From NCBI GenBank assembly GCA_964016885.1, contig OZ024743.1, forward strand, positions 180,110,001 to 180,174,000: DNA of 64,000 bases, in the 5' to 3' direction. Under the pieces are notes generated by a model, which did not search any database, was not told the origin of the DNA, and saw only the letters and a program-made list of their open reading frames with translations. This document shows positions 11,569 through 23,766 of this stretch, piece after piece. The stretch's first letter is position 1. Every line of letters starts with the position of its first letter. This DNA comes from Eledone cirrhosa. Its lineage: Eukaryota. The position numbers were made by a program, and so were the translations under genes.

Positions 11569-13139
11569 TCTTCGGAAGCAGGAATGTAATACCGTTAACT
11601 AGCCATGATGGTATCTTTTCTGGCTCCTTAACTATTTCATTGTAAAGTTGGGCTAACAGCTCATGAGACTCTGTGAAGGCATTTATCCAAACATTTTGTA
11701 TTTGTCTTTTCCTGGAGATTTCCATTTGCTGGTTTTTCTTAGAGCCAAACGCAACTGTTCAACTGTCATATTTTCCAATACTTGTTCCTAAAGGTGAGCT
11801 GTATCTTTCATTTGTCTGTCCATCAATGGGGCATGTATATTATGAGTTTTTTCTTCGCCCCAGATCTTTTCCCAGAATTCTTGCACTTCCTCCTTGGGTG
11901 GTATAGATTTAGCAGTTATTGTTGACTTACTAATTTTTCTTTAGAAGTTTCTTTGGTTGTTTTTGAACATATTATTGTCCTTATAGAATCTAGATCGTTT
12001 TACAAAGCGCCTTATACAAGCAGCTTTGGCCGACACTTTTTGCTCGATTATTTCTATCAGCATGTCTATGTCACTTGTTGATTTTTTACTGTTCTTTCTT
12101 TTCAATTTTCTAAGTTTAGTTTGTTTAACATGTTCACCTACTTTATAGTTTGTTAAAATTTCTGTCAGATCAGAGAAGGTTTATTTGGCGATTGATGTTC
12201 TCTTGCCAAGTAGATTTTTGGTGGGAATTCCTTTGTTTTTACATCTTCAATCCACATAAGTGAGTGGTGACATTAGCCGATGCATAATAGAGATGATTTA
12301 AATCAGTAATGTTTAGTTTGTTTGTGATGATAATGTTTTTGAGAATTATGTTAGTCTTGTGTATTATCTTTTGGTTCTGTTTGGAGTTCTGGATCTTAGG
12401 GAGGGTGTCTCGTTCCCCCATGTCAGATTATTTCATTTTCATCCATTCGATCATAATTTCATCCTTCAAGTTGGCAAGTTCATTCTCATTCATTTCTTTA
12501 TCATTTACGACCTCGTTGTTTTCATTTGGAGTTTCATCTTGAGCATGCACTCCCTCCAATTTTTCGATCCTTTCTTCAATTTGTTCTGTTGTCAGTGATT
12601 CCGCCCCAACCCTGGGATTCGAAGTGTTACAATTTACCTCGTTTTCACTGACGCATGTTTCATTTTCCCTTCGCTGACTTTGTGCTAATAGCTTGATCTG
12701 ATCAATTTCTATATCAGTTAGTAACTTTTTTAACAATATTTCTTCGTATATTGGCTAGTTTGTTACTGCCAATATAGCCTCTGTTTTCGGGATGTTTCTT
12801 TTTCCATTTGATATATGTCTGTTTGTATTCGATGTATTTGATGGGTAGTATATGGCAGTGTAGAAAGCCTCAAGTACTTCTTTATTATCTTCCCTTGACC
12901 ATTTTTCTCTCTTTTTCTTTGGATTTCTTGGTGGTGAGCATGGAGGGCCAACAGTAGGAGTATTCCGGTTATGGGAGGTCTCCAGCTCCGAAGTGATGGG
13001 AAGGTTTGAACCATTAGCTGATTTTTCGACCCCAGTCTTGTTCCTCTCTGAGGGACGCGGCCCATTTTGACCCGGGTGACGGCCGATCCGGTATGAGATT
13101 TTATCATTAGACATTTACTTTATTTTGTCGCGTTTTATC

Positions 13140-13280
13140 CTTATCCGCCAAGGGGTAATCGTTTCGTGTTACCATTTCTAGGACGAGTGTCAACCAAGAC
13201 TAGAGGGGTCGTCCTCCCCTAGAGACACGGCTATTCCCCGCCGGCCACCATCCCGGTATTTCTTGGTCACGGGGTTTTCT
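13140..13280 (-). ncRNA. Candidate structured, pseudoknotted 5'-UTR RNA of D2
   Basis: Minus-strand pairings GACCAAGA/TCTTGGTT and CTAGGGG/CCCCTCTAG, with loop AGGACGA complementary to downstream TCGTCCT; also GGTAA/TTACC. Confidence 0.5.
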
Positions 13281-14269
13281 TTTTTGTTTTTTTTTAAATT
13301 GTTATTATCATGAGTGGTTCCTTAATGTGAGCATTGCGTGGCTTAAGAATGAAATTATTAATAATATAATATACTTTTTGCTGAAGTTGCCTGTTATTGT
13401 TGTTGGCTATGTCGGTGGTGGTGCTGGGGCTTTTTCTATTGTTGGTAGTGAAGGGGGGAGCCAGCAGTACCATAGTCATTGACGTTTGGTCGGTGGCCGG
13501 GTCACTAAGTCAATCTATTTATATCTTTTGTTAGCCTCTCCCTTGTCTAGTGATACCGCCACCTTCCCCTTTCTTAAGTTAACAGAAGGTAATGGGGGAA
13601 TAGTGGTGGTAGCAATGAAGGAGTGATGGCGGCGGTGACGGGATAGTGGTGGAAATGATGGATGGAGTGGTGGCGGCTGTGACTATAGTGATGGCGTTGT
13701 CGTTACTGAGTGTTGTTGAATAGACTAGTTTTGTTTGATCTGTGTATCTATGCGTTTGTCGCGTATGTTTAATATATGTGTTGACATATTTCTTAATATT
13801 TGAATTAAACATTTTGTTAAAACTTGAGACAATAATAATAGTAATTATTATTATTATGCTGAGATTGGTGGTGGTGGTGGTCAAATTGCCGTTATCTGGC
13901 TGTTGTATTTAGTGTACACAGAGAGGTGATGGGGTAGGTGGTGAATCTAGTTTCTGGTGTTGGTGAAATTGCTGTTATTTGGCTGTTCTATATAGTGTAG
14001 ACAGAGGGGGTTTTCTTCCATTTATAACCATTTTCTTTTTTGAATATAAAATGTATAATACAAAATTGAATATTTGAGCGATATAATAATATATTATGGA
14101 TCCGAATTTTTCTGAGACTTAAGTCGGATTATTTATGTATCATTTGTACTAAGAATTGTTATTTCACAATTGATTTAAATATGTTAAAAATCAAAAACTT
14201 ACGAGATCGATTTCATGACCTTCTATCCAACATGTGCGTCTTCTTCCCTTATTATTATTATTATTATTA

Positions 14270-14457
14270 GGGCAGAGGATTGGCAGTACCAGTAGAGGGT
14301 CGGACGCCATGCTTTGACGCATAGAGTTACGGTCCTTGCCATTCTGAGTTCAAATCCCGCCGAGGTTAACTTTGCCTTTCATCCTTTCGGGGTCGATAAA
14401 ATAAAGTACCAGTAATACACTGGGTTAATTGCTGGCCTTGTGCCAAAAGTAGAAACA
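14270..14457 (+). mobile_element. tRNA-derived SINE
   Basis: A-box-like TGGCAGTACCAGTAG, B-box GAGTTCAAATCCC, core GCCTTTCATCCTTTCGGGGTCGATAAAATAAAGTACCAG, (ATT)n tail; about ten copies in the window. Confidence 0.9.
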
Positions 14458-14490
<33 letters not shown>

Positions 14491-14706
14491 GAATGCTATG
14501 GTTGACGGAGGCTCGGCTCTGTAAGGTACTGTAAATTTTGAACGCTATAACAATTGTAAATTGTTTAAAACTTAGACCAACTTGTAGACAAAAAGACCCT
14601 CCTCCTCGTGAGAGGGGTCTTTCTGCCCGTTATTTGGCCCTTCGGAGTTAAATAACTGCTTATTGGGGTTTTGTACCCAATATTTATTTTAAACAAAAAA
14701 AACAAC

Positions 14707-16836
14707 ATGGCTACAAAAAAGAATTTGCATAGGTCACTCCCACTCATTCCGTCTTCTTTTTCCTCAATCGTCACTACAGCAGAGAGAAGATTGTCTCTCT
14801 CCCTCCCTTCTTTAAATGTGTCTCTCTCACTCCCTTCTCTTTCGCAAGCGACGAAAGAAAAGAAAAGTCTCGTGCAAAGCGTGCAAAGTTTCTCCACGAC
14901 GACGACGACAGCGACGAAACAGGTGTGCGGGAAATACGAAAACCCAGTTCATTCGTCTGACGTCAGGAATAATAGCAGTAGCAGCCGTAATAACAACAGC
15001 AACAGTGACAATGAAAACAACAGTAGCAGCCGCAACAGCATCACCAGCAGCATAAACAACAACAGCATTAGCAGCAGCAACACCAACAACAACCACAGCA
15101 ACAGCGGCGGAGGCAGTAGTCGTAGTACCTGCAGCAACAACAAAAGTAACAGCAGCTCTGACGACAACAACAACAACAGCAGCAAAGAAAAACCAATCTC
15201 ATTTGCAGGTATTGCGAAAAACTTGGAAACAATCCTCATAACAAACGAGGAATTAGAGGAAGCGAAGAAGATGGTGACAAATACTGGACACCGAGCAATC
15301 TGCAAGGCAGCGGAAAAATTTTTCGAAACCCAACAGCACTGTACGGTCACGTACCGTACAGTAAGTACAAAATCCCGTAGGGTGGAAAGAGCCACAGAGG
15401 CTCAAATACAAAAAGCCTTGGGGTCTGTGTGGCAGCGGAAAACGCACATCACCCGAGGAAAAAAATATGCCACCGTAGACGTACTTTTTGCCACACCCCA
15501 GGAGGCAAAGGCCCAATCCGTAGTGACCCTAAGGAGCGAGGAAATGGTGTTGGTGGGATCCTGCTGCGGGCAAAAAATTGTGAGGGTCAAACTGACCCCC
15601 CCCCCCCCCCCGGGATGGCCCCTTCTTGGATGGCCGCGTCTGTCCTCGTCGGAATCGAGGACAAAACAACTGTACTGCAAGTACAGAAAAAAGTAAGAGA
15701 AGATTGGGTCGGCACCTCCATTGAGATGCTAATCCAAACCAACCAGGAGTGCATCGAAGCTATCCCGGATGTGATAGACTTTGATAACGGCACTCAACTG
15801 CCCATAAGTGTTGAGGGAAAATGCCCTAAATGCTTTCGCTGTGGATCGAAGACTCACCTCAGGGCCTTCTGCAACGAGAAGACCCTGAGAAAGGAGAAAC
15901 CCCCCTCCTTCCGAAACCGGCTCCACGGCTACCAGCAACAGGACAAGCGGCAACCAGGAACGATAGGTCCGTGGCACCCATACCCACGCCACGGAAATCA
16001 AAAACAGCAGCAGCAGTGGAAATATTAACAACAACAACAGCAATACAAAATGCATCTGCAACAGAGACTCCAGTGCAAACATCACCAACAACAACAAGTG
16101 AAAGAGTGGAGCTGGTACCCCTCCCCGACCTCACAGAATCAGACATGGAGTGTGAGGTGGGAGAGAGATGGCAAAAGGTCGTAAGAAGGCACAAACGCAG
16201 AAGCAGCGCATCGTCGCCTTTGAAACGGGAGGAAAGAAATGAAAAAAGGGTAAAGTCTACTGCAAAGATACCCACAGCAGCAACACCACCAACACCATCA
16301 CCACCCACACTAGCACCACCATCACCACCCACACTAGCACCACCATCACCACCGGCGACAACCCCACCGCAAACAACAACTTCAACACCACCACCACAAG
16401 CACCAAACCAACATCGCAAACACAACAACAAAACACACACACCCAGCAACAACGACAAGAAAATAGCAGAACCACACCCCACCCCCATAAAAACAAATGC
16501 ACGGCAATAAATACACACAAGAAACTAATGACTTACATAATTGAACACACAGACATTTCACAACACGACTACATAATACCAGCACCAATCAAAACGCCAA
16601 CTAACATAAGACTGCTAAAAATAGCACAGAAACAATACACAAACATTAAAACGAAATTCCCCAACGCAGTTGGTGATTTCAGGGACCTAGGAGGAACTAT
16701 CAATCGAAGAGTATATTCAGACATTCTCTTAGAAGAGCCGACGACCAGCCGAAGGGACGATTCAACGGTCCCTTCACCAGACGATCAAGTGAAAAGGGAT
16801 GTAAAAACCATCCCTCCTCTACCAAAAGTACGGTAA
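14707..16836 (+). pseudogene. Tx1 copy C ORF1 (Ser/Asn-rich, RRM-like, CCHC knuckle CFRCGSKTHLRAFC, Pro/Thr linker, C-terminal domain)
   Basis: Frame breaks, one at the poly-C run 15596-15611; homologous to copy B ORF1. Confidence 0.8.
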
Positions 16837-16871
16837 GTGGTCTTTCCCATCTTTTCCACTCTATTTTAAAC

Positions 16872-19800
16872 ATGACCTCACTCAGAATAGGCAGCATAAA
16901 TGCGCGTGGCTTGGGGTCGTCATGGAAGCAGGGTCACCTGCTCAACGACCTCAGGTCACTAAACATAGATGTAGTGGCCATCAGCGAGACCAGAATCTCC
17001 GAAGCTCGGGCCTTCGCACCGATCTTCCAGCCGTCCTGGATCGGGGGGAGGAGTTGCTGTGCTTTTTCGGAGAGGTTTGGATCTCGCCATACGGGCCATC
17101 TTCCTGGACCCAGAGGGTAAGCTGGTGGTGCTGGACGTGACCAGCGGAGACGGGCAAGCTTTCAGACTAGTGGCCGACTATGCCCCGACAGGAGCAGGGC
17201 GGCCTGATTTCTTCCGGCGTCTGGAGACCTTTCTTGGAACGTCCCGCTCTTTAGTGTTAGTGGGCGACTGGAACGGGATCTTAGATGCACGCTGGGACTG
17301 TGTGGGATTAGCGGATAGGGGAGGAGGGTGCAAGAGCCTCACCAACCTGCTCAGGCGTTTTGAACTGTCTGACAGGTACCGATTGGATTTCCCGAATGCG
17401 CCAATGTGGACTTGGACAAATCGCACAGGGTCATCCAGATCATATCTAGATAGAGTATTTTGTAGGGAAATAGATAGGTCTAGTATAGGCTGTCCACAAT
17501 TCAAGATAGTCAGCTACACGGACCACAAATTCGTGATCTGTGTGCTTGACTTAGATAGGCTTCATAGACGAGGACCCGGCTACTGGAAGCTAAACGCGTC
17601 CTTACCAGCGCGCAAGGCCTACAGAGACCGGATTAGCGAACTAGTTAAGCGGGCGTTGACGGCGGCCATCGTCAACAACAAGTGGTGGTTTGCTCTGCAA
17701 AGAGCGATTAGAATAGAATCCATTAGGTTTAGTAAGGCTTTAGCAATAGAGAAAAATAGAGCAGAGGGAGAACTAGTTAGAAAATTAGACGAGGCGCTTA
17801 GCAAACGTGCTTGCGGGGAAATTGGCCCTTGACCAATTCTTCAATGCAAAGCACGAAGGCTGCGTTGTCAGAGCAAGGGTGCGTGCTCTCAGACACGAGG
17901 GGACGAAAGCCGTTCAATGGGCCCGAGTGGCGGAGGCGCATCGTGGCAACAAAGCCACGATCCGGTCTTTGGTGGACTACGACGGGCGCATGCTACTCGA
18001 TCCCGGGCAAATGTGTGAAGCTTTTCAGCGACACTTCGTTCAGCTGTTCGGGGGCAGCGGTGGGCCGGGTCGAGGGATGGACTTTAGAGTCTACCTCGAC
18101 GGACTGCCGCGGCTCTCGGCCACTGAGGCGAAGTGTTGCGAAAAGCCGATAACCGCCGCTGAAGTAAGGGAGGCAATGACTGGCTTCACAAGGGGTAAAT
18201 CGCCTGGTTTGGATGGTCTGCCCTATGAACTTTACGTACAGATGCCAGACTTGTTCGGAGGCCTCTTGGCGGACGTCTACTGCAACTGGCAACAGAACGG
18301 GAGAATTCCCAGTTCTGTGAGCCGAGGAGCGGTGGCACTGCTGAGAAAGGATCCGAACAAGGGGGATAACATAGATAATTTCCGGCCCATAAGTCTGCTA
18401 AACACAGAGTTCAAGATTTTGGCCAAGGTGCTAGCAAAGAGGTTGGCGCTTGTCGTTGGTGGTCTGGTGGGAGAGGCGCAGACATGCGCCATTCCCGACA
18501 GATCCATCCACGACAACCTCCACCTCATGCGATACATCGTAGAGAGGGTAGCTAAGGAACCTGGCACGGGTGGGTCCTTGATCAATTTAGATCAGTCGAA
18601 AGCTTTCGATAGGGTCGACCATCGTTGCCTAGCGGCAGTCCTGAGGGCGGCTGGCTTTGGGCCCGTCTTCAGAGGCTGGATCGCTGCCATGCACTGCGAC
18701 ATCTGCTCTGTGGTGAGAGTGAACGGTCACCTGTCGGAACCGTTCAACATCATGCGCTCGGTCCGCCAAGGATGTCCCCTCTCGTCCCTCTTGTACGTAT
18801 TGACTCTCGAGCCATTACTGCACAAACTGGAGACGTTGAGGGGCGTCCCGCGCGGACTAGGATGCGGAAGATCCGTGTCAGCATATGCGGACGATGTCAC
18901 CGTAGTGGTGTCGAACGCCAAACACATCGAGGCGATCGGCACTACACTAAGAGAATACGAAGCGGTGACAGGAGCAATGATCAACCGGGAAAAGTCAGTG
19001 GGACTGCAGCTCGGCACCTGGAGAGGCAGGTCCATGCCGTCCAACAGCGTCGTCGGACGCTGGACGGACGGACCGGTTAAATTGCTAGGGGTCTGGTTCG
19101 GTCCGGACCTGCAGACGGACAAAAACTGGGACGAGGTGACGAGCAGGGTGGCTTCTCTCACCCAGAAATGGGCGGAGAGGAAGCTATCCCTGAAAGGTTT
19201 AGCGGAGGTGGCTAACGCGTACATCGCGTCTGTCATCTGCTACCGCCTGACCATCGTACCTTGTCCTAAGCCTCGCCTGACTGCGCTGGAGCGTTTGCTC
19301 TTTCGCTTTTTGTGGAAGAGACGCGCTCCGATGGTCAGGCCGTCCATCTGCTGTCAACACCCGCTCCGTGGAGGGCTGGGCATGCCGTGGATGATGATGC
19401 GCAGGCACGCGCTCAGGCTACGACATCTCCACCTCTTCCTCGACGGTGATCAGGTGTGGTCGCCGTTTGCTAGACACGTATTTCCCCAGCTCGTTTCCTT
19501 GACGGAGCTGCAGTCCTGGGTCAAGCGAAGACCGAGAGGGAGCGCCTGAAGACTGGAATGTCTTCAGGCGCTCACAACACTCGACCAATCGGGCAATGTG
19601 ATCGGTGGAAACTCCACCTCGGCGTTCTATAGAGGATTAGTGGAGGGGAAGAGCGACGACGTACTTGGGGAAACTCTAGGCGTCGACGAAAATCAACTAG
19701 CCAATCTCTTCGGAAGAACTTTCGGGCCAGGGCCTATGGACAACTTCCAGAAATCTCTGGCCTGGCAGTGCTACCGAGGAGCCTTGCCAGTTCGGGATAA

Positions 19801-20251
19801 ACTCTACAGGCATGGAGGTGCCGTCAGCCGGGCATGTCCGAGATGCGCACAGGGCGACGAAACCGTCCTGCACGCACTCGTCCAGTGTCCGAAAATTGCT
19901 GACTTGTGGGTTTATGTCGAACACCTGCTGTCGCGTTTAGGACGGATCCGGCTATCATCTGAGTCCATCGTGAGAATTGCCCCGCCCTCCACCTTCAGCC
20001 GGGAAGGGCAGGCAGTTTTTATCTGTCTGTTGGCCATGGCGAAAGAGATAGTATGGTGGACACGTTTGAAAGGGCTGAAGACGAGCACTTACCTCTTCGG
20101 TGATGCTCTGATTGACTTTTTCAAATTTCATTTGAAAAGGAAAATCAGTGTAGAGAGGGAAGTGGTCTCTTCCCAGCATTTTGTTGAAAGATGGTTGAGA
20201 GAAGCAAGAATGGCCCGAGTGAATGGGCCTACTCTGAGTATATATCTGTAA
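16872..20251 (+). pseudogene. Tx1 copy C ORF2 (APE endonuclease, RT, zf-RVT)
   Basis: SINARGL, GDWN, YLDR, TDH; 580-aa RT fragment with YADD; TGA at 19547 where copy A has TGG. Confidence 0.92.
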
Positions 20252-20527
20252 ATTAAAGGTGGAAAACTGGGAGAGGGCACTTGCCTTGGTGGTCAGGGTC
20301 ATTGTGGCTTTTTACTGGGCTTTCTCCACAAATGTCCCTCCGAAGTCTCCCCTCTATTGGGGAATTTTCCATTGTTATTTTTTGTTACACCCTCTGTTTT
20401 TTGTTTTTTTACACGCAGAAATGCCCATTTGTACCGTCCTGTATTGTCCTGCACTGTCCTTAATGTCTACTTTATGTAAACCCTTGTGGTTAATAAAGAA
20501 ATCATTATTATTATTGTTGTTGTTATT

Positions 20528-23500
20528 CCTTGAATCTCAGTCATTGATGTTGGTTAACTGGAAAGTCCGTTGGAATGAATATCAAGCCACTACCTGCAGC
20601 CTCAGATATTCAGGACGTATCGGAGTGTTCTTGCTGTTCCCAGCAAGCATGCCTTTTGAAGCGTTCCAAAAAGCGTGAAGGGGCCGATTTTCTTTAACCA
20701 TCCCTGGAAACTTTTGGAGATAGTCCCCAGTGCGCCTATGACAATCGGGATCACTTTGACTTCATGGCAGTTCCAAATCCTTTTCACCTCCCACTTTAGG
20801 TCCTGGTATCGGTTAATTTTCTCCCTCTCCTTCTCTTGCACTCTCGTGTCGAAAGGGCAGGCCACATCCACAATCAGACACGATCTTTTTTCTTTGTCCA
20901 CAACCACCAGGTCAGGTCTTTTGTGTTCCAGTTTTTTGTCCGTCTGTATCCTAAAATCCCACAGCACCTTCACCTGATTGTTCTCCATCACCGCCTCTGG
21001 CCTATGCTCATACCATTTCTCAGAACGTGGTAAATTGTTTACTTTGCACAGGTGCCAGTGGATCACCCTGCCCATCACATCGTGTCTCCAGCCCTTATAG
21101 TGGGTATGGGCTAGGTGTTTACACTCGGACACAATGTAGGCCACAGTCTCCTCTCTCTCTCCACAGATCCTGCACAGTGGGCTAGCCTCCTCCTTGTAAA
21201 TATGGTGCTTCAACCACTTCGTTTCGAGGGCCTGCTCCTGCGCAGCCATTAGCATTCCTTCTGTAGCCTTTTTGAGGTTTCCTCTTCTCAACCAGTTCCA
21301 TGTCTGTGGATCTCTAAATTCAGTTTTCTCAAAGAAGGTACTATGAAGGGATTTTCCCTTAAGGCTGCTCTTCCACCTTGATGTTATTTCCTCCTTGGAC
21401 ATCCCCTGGCCTACTGTCCCCTCCTTCAGTACAGTTCTGAGCATTGGCTCCTTACTATAGGTCACGTATTTGTATAGGTTGTTTTTCTCCATCTGAACAC
21501 AGTCCTCTATGATGATAAGACCTCTTCCACCCTCAGATCTCCTTAGGTAGAGTCTATCGACATCACTCCTCTTGTGGAACATGTTGTAGATAGTCAATAG
21601 CTTCCTAGTCTTCCTATCCATTTCTTTTTGTTCAGCAACATTCCATCTCAGAATTCCCGCACTGTACCTAATAATAGACACAGCTCGGGAATTTACTGCG
21701 CTTATGGCATTTCTGCTGTTCAGATGTGACTTCAATACGCTCCTTATTCTCCGAATGTATTCAGTTCTTAACAATTCCTTCATTTTTTTGTTCTTTATGC
21801 CATCAGCCTCCAGAACGCCCAAATACTTGTATCCTTCCTCAGAGTCAATTTCCTTTATCATCTCATCTGTTGGTATCTGGATCCCGTTACTTCTGCTCAA
21901 CCTACCCCTCCTCATCACAATGACTCCACATTTACTAATACCAAACTGCATACATATATCACTGCTGAAAATACGGACAGTGTCAACAAGCACATCCAAC
22001 TCCTTCTCACTTTTCCCGAAGAGCTTAAGATCGTCCATGAAGATGAGGTGATTGATGGTAAGCTCTCCCTTTCCCAACTTGTATCCTGCTCTCACTTTTC
22101 GCAGCATAATGGTCAAGGACATCAGGGCAAGGACAAACAACAGAGGGGACAGGGTATCTCCCTGGAAGATACCTCTCTTGATCTTCACGCTTCCCAAGGA
22201 TACTCCAGTTGATGTCAACTCTGTCTCCCAGGACCCCATACTCCTGCCTAGCAACTGTCTGATGTTATCTGCCACCCTGAAGATCTCCAGGCTTGTGGTG
22301 ATCCAAGAATGAGGCACCATGTCAAATGCCTTTCTGTAGTCTATCCATCCCATGGCAAGATCAGTGTGTCTCCTCCTGCAATTCCCCATTACCATCTTAT
22401 CAATAAGTAACTGGTCCTTTGTACCACGTGACTTCTTTCGGCATCCTTTCTGTTCGTCCGGTAACAAGTTGTTTGTGTGGAGGTGATGGTAGATTTCCTC
22501 AGACACAATGCTCGTCAACAGTTTCCACATTACGGACAGACATGTGATAGGTCTATAGTTGGTAACATCATTACCCTTGATTCGGTCTTTCATTATCAGA
22601 ACTGTGGTACATTTTGTCAACCAATCTGGCACCTCACCCGACTCCAAGCAGTCATTGAACATGGCCGTCAGCTTCGGGTGGAGGGATGTTAAATTTTTAA
22701 TCCAATACCCCTGCACACCATCTGGGCCTGGTGATTTCCAGTTGGTTAGTTTTTTGGCCTGCCCCTTAAGAGTTTCAACTGTGATACTCACATCAGTTTG
22801 TTGGTGTGCCTGCTCACCGATCTCCCTCTGTACTGTCTCAATCCACCCTGCCTGGACATTATGTCTAACATCCTGCTCCCATATTCCTCTCCAGAATGTT
22901 TTAGTTTGCTCCGCCCCAGCGATCAAGTCGTTGCCTCTTTCTTTCCCCTCAAGCTGTCCAAACAGCATCTTCTGGTTGTTGTCGAACATGCGGTTCTGTT
23001 TATACTGACTGACTCTGTTCTCGTATCGCCTGATTTTTGCACTCTTTGCTACAATGCGTTGCTTCAGTTCCTCTATGATAATATTTAGCTTTTTCCTCCT
23101 AGTTTTGTACTTTATTTCCAGTCTATTTTTAGTGCCTATGTTTTTTAGTGTCCCATTCAGTAGTGACTCAAGCTTTCCTATGTCATTTCTCATTTCCCCG
23201 ATTTGCCCACTCAGTCGTTTCTTCCACCACGGCTCTGATCTTTCTTGTCTGTTGTTTCCTCTCGCTTTTATACCAAGTAGTTTCCTCACCGTATTTGCTG
23301 TTGCTTTGTGGATATTGTTGCACTGGTGAAGGCTCCTCGCCTCAAGGTATGGGATGACTTTGTTTACCTTAGCTGTTGTTTCTTTTAACTTTTTCCTGTC
23401 TACAAATCTTAGGTTCATAGGTCTCCCACTATCATTGTTCAATTCATCTACCACTAAATTTAGTATGTCAACCGAATCTTGTCCTAGCGCGTCAGCATTC

Positions 23501-23764
23501 ATCTCCTCAGTGGCCGTATCTCTGTTCCAGGTATTATTTATCTCAGTATTCAGATCATTGTCTGCTTCGGGTGGTTCCTCCGTTCTCAGGACCTCTTCAC
23601 CTTCATTTCCCACTGGCTCGCTTGTCTGGCATACTACACCCGCCATCTCCACGCCATTCTCTCTCCTCAGTTCCTCCAGTTCCAGCTCGCTTATCCACCC
23701 ATTAGTTCTTATTACCCGGCCAATTTTTGTTCATCTAATTTAAATAGACCAATCTCGTTCCAGA

Positions 23765-23766
<2 letters not shown>
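20528..23766 (-). mobile_element. R4/Dong-like element D3 (same family as D1), truncated in its N-terminal Myb-like region
   Basis: 1016-aa ORF plus upstream IWNEIGLFKLDEQKLA and IRTNGWISELELEEL; flanked by (ATT)n at both ends. Confidence 0.93.
20602..23652 (-). CDS. R4/Dong-like RT plus restriction-like endonuclease protein (uninterrupted 1016 aa, N-terminus missing)
   Basis: KSPGPDG, NYRPITC, DYRKAFD, GIFQGDTLSP, FMDD, YKYLG, CRIC..YIVSEC, RHD, RPD(x)D...EKINRYQDL. Confidence 0.9.
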   Translation of the reverse strand: MEMAGVVCQTSEPVGNEGEEVLRTEEPPEADNDLNTEINNTWNRDTATEEMNADALGQDSVDILNLVVDELNNDSGRPMNLRFVDRKKLKETTAKVNKVIPYLEARSLHQCNNIHKATANTVRKLLGIKARGNNRQERSEPWWKKRLSGQIGEMRNDIGKLESLLNGTLKNIGTKNRLEIKYKTRRKKLNIIIEELKQRIVAKSAKIRRYENRVSQYKQNRMFDNNQKMLFGQLEGKERGNDLIAGAEQTKTFWRGIWEQDVRHNVQAGWIETVQREIGEQAHQQTDVSITVETLKGQAKKLTNWKSPGPDGVQGYWIKNLTSLHPKLTAMFNDCLESGEVPDWLTKCTTVLIMKDRIKGNDVTNYRPITCLSVMWKLLTSIVSEEIYHHLHTNNLLPDEQKGCRKKSRGTKDQLLIDKMVMGNCRRRHTDLAMGWIDYRKAFDMVPHSWITTSLEIFRVADNIRQLLGRSMGSWETELTSTGVSLGSVKIKRGIFQGDTLSPLLFVLALMSLTIMLRKVRAGYKLGKGELTINHLIFMDDLKLFGKSEKELDVLVDTVRIFSSDICMQFGISKCGVIVMRRGRLSRSNGIQIPTDEMIKEIDSEEGYKYLGVLEADGIKNKKMKELLRTEYIRRIRSVLKSHLNSRNAISAVNSRAVSIIRYSAGILRWNVAEQKEMDRKTRKLLTIYNMFHKRSDVDRLYLRRSEGGRGLIIIEDCVQMEKNNLYKYVTYSKEPMLRTVLKEGTVGQGMSKEEITSRWKSSLKGKSLHSTFFEKTEFRDPQTWNWLRRGNLKKATEGMLMAAQEQALETKWLKHHIYKEEASPLCRICGEREETVAYIVSECKHLAHTHYKGWRHDVMGRVIHWHLCKVNNLPRSEKWYEHRPEAVMENNQVKVLWDFRIQTDKKLEHKRPDLVVVDKEKRSCLIVDVACPFDTRVQEKEREKINRYQDLKWEVKRIWNCHEVKVIPIVIGALGTISKSFQGWLKKIGPFTLFGTLQKACLLGTARTLRYVLNI

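Larger units (their letters stand above)
9334..13290 (-). mobile_element. R4/Dong-like element D2, second family, apparently full-length ORF but decayed
   Basis: ATG at 13114; Myb-like KWSREDNKEVLEAFY; RT NYRPITC, DYKKAFDS, GIFQGDSLSP, YMDD; RHD; endonuclease NRPDIILKD. The 3' end abuts (ATT)n at 9315-9333. Confidence 0.88.
14491..20503 (+). mobile_element. Full-length Tx1/L1-clade element, copy C (same family as A), few lesions
   Basis: Starts GAATGC after (ATT)n. ORF1 pieces at 14671, 15429, 15830 and 16528; ORF2 pieces at 16872, 17059, 17807 and 19598. Ends AATAAAGAAATC + (ATT)n. Confidence 0.93.

Noticed and set aside
13140-13280. Canonical HDV-like ribozyme call
   Set aside because: I could not identify the P1.1/L3 nested pseudoknot order; kept only as an unassigned structured RNA.
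14270-14370. tRNA gene
   Set aside because: The A/B boxes belong to a multi-copy SINE head; there is no full cloverleaf.
15596-15611. Programmed frameshift at the poly-C run in ORF1
   Set aside because: Copy B reads through the equivalent RIPRIPPG in frame; homopolymer slippage or sequencing error is more likely.
861-23743. Antisense and alternate-frame ORFs overlapping the LINE ORFs
   Set aside because: They are shadows of GC-rich or low-complexity coding sequence with no independent motifs; their recurrence reflects copy identity.
1-23766. Array as a simple segmental duplication (Tx1+Dong unit repeated)
   Set aside because: The Tx1 copies preceding D1 and D3 are different subfamilies, and D1 and D3 have different truncation points, so independent insertions fit better.
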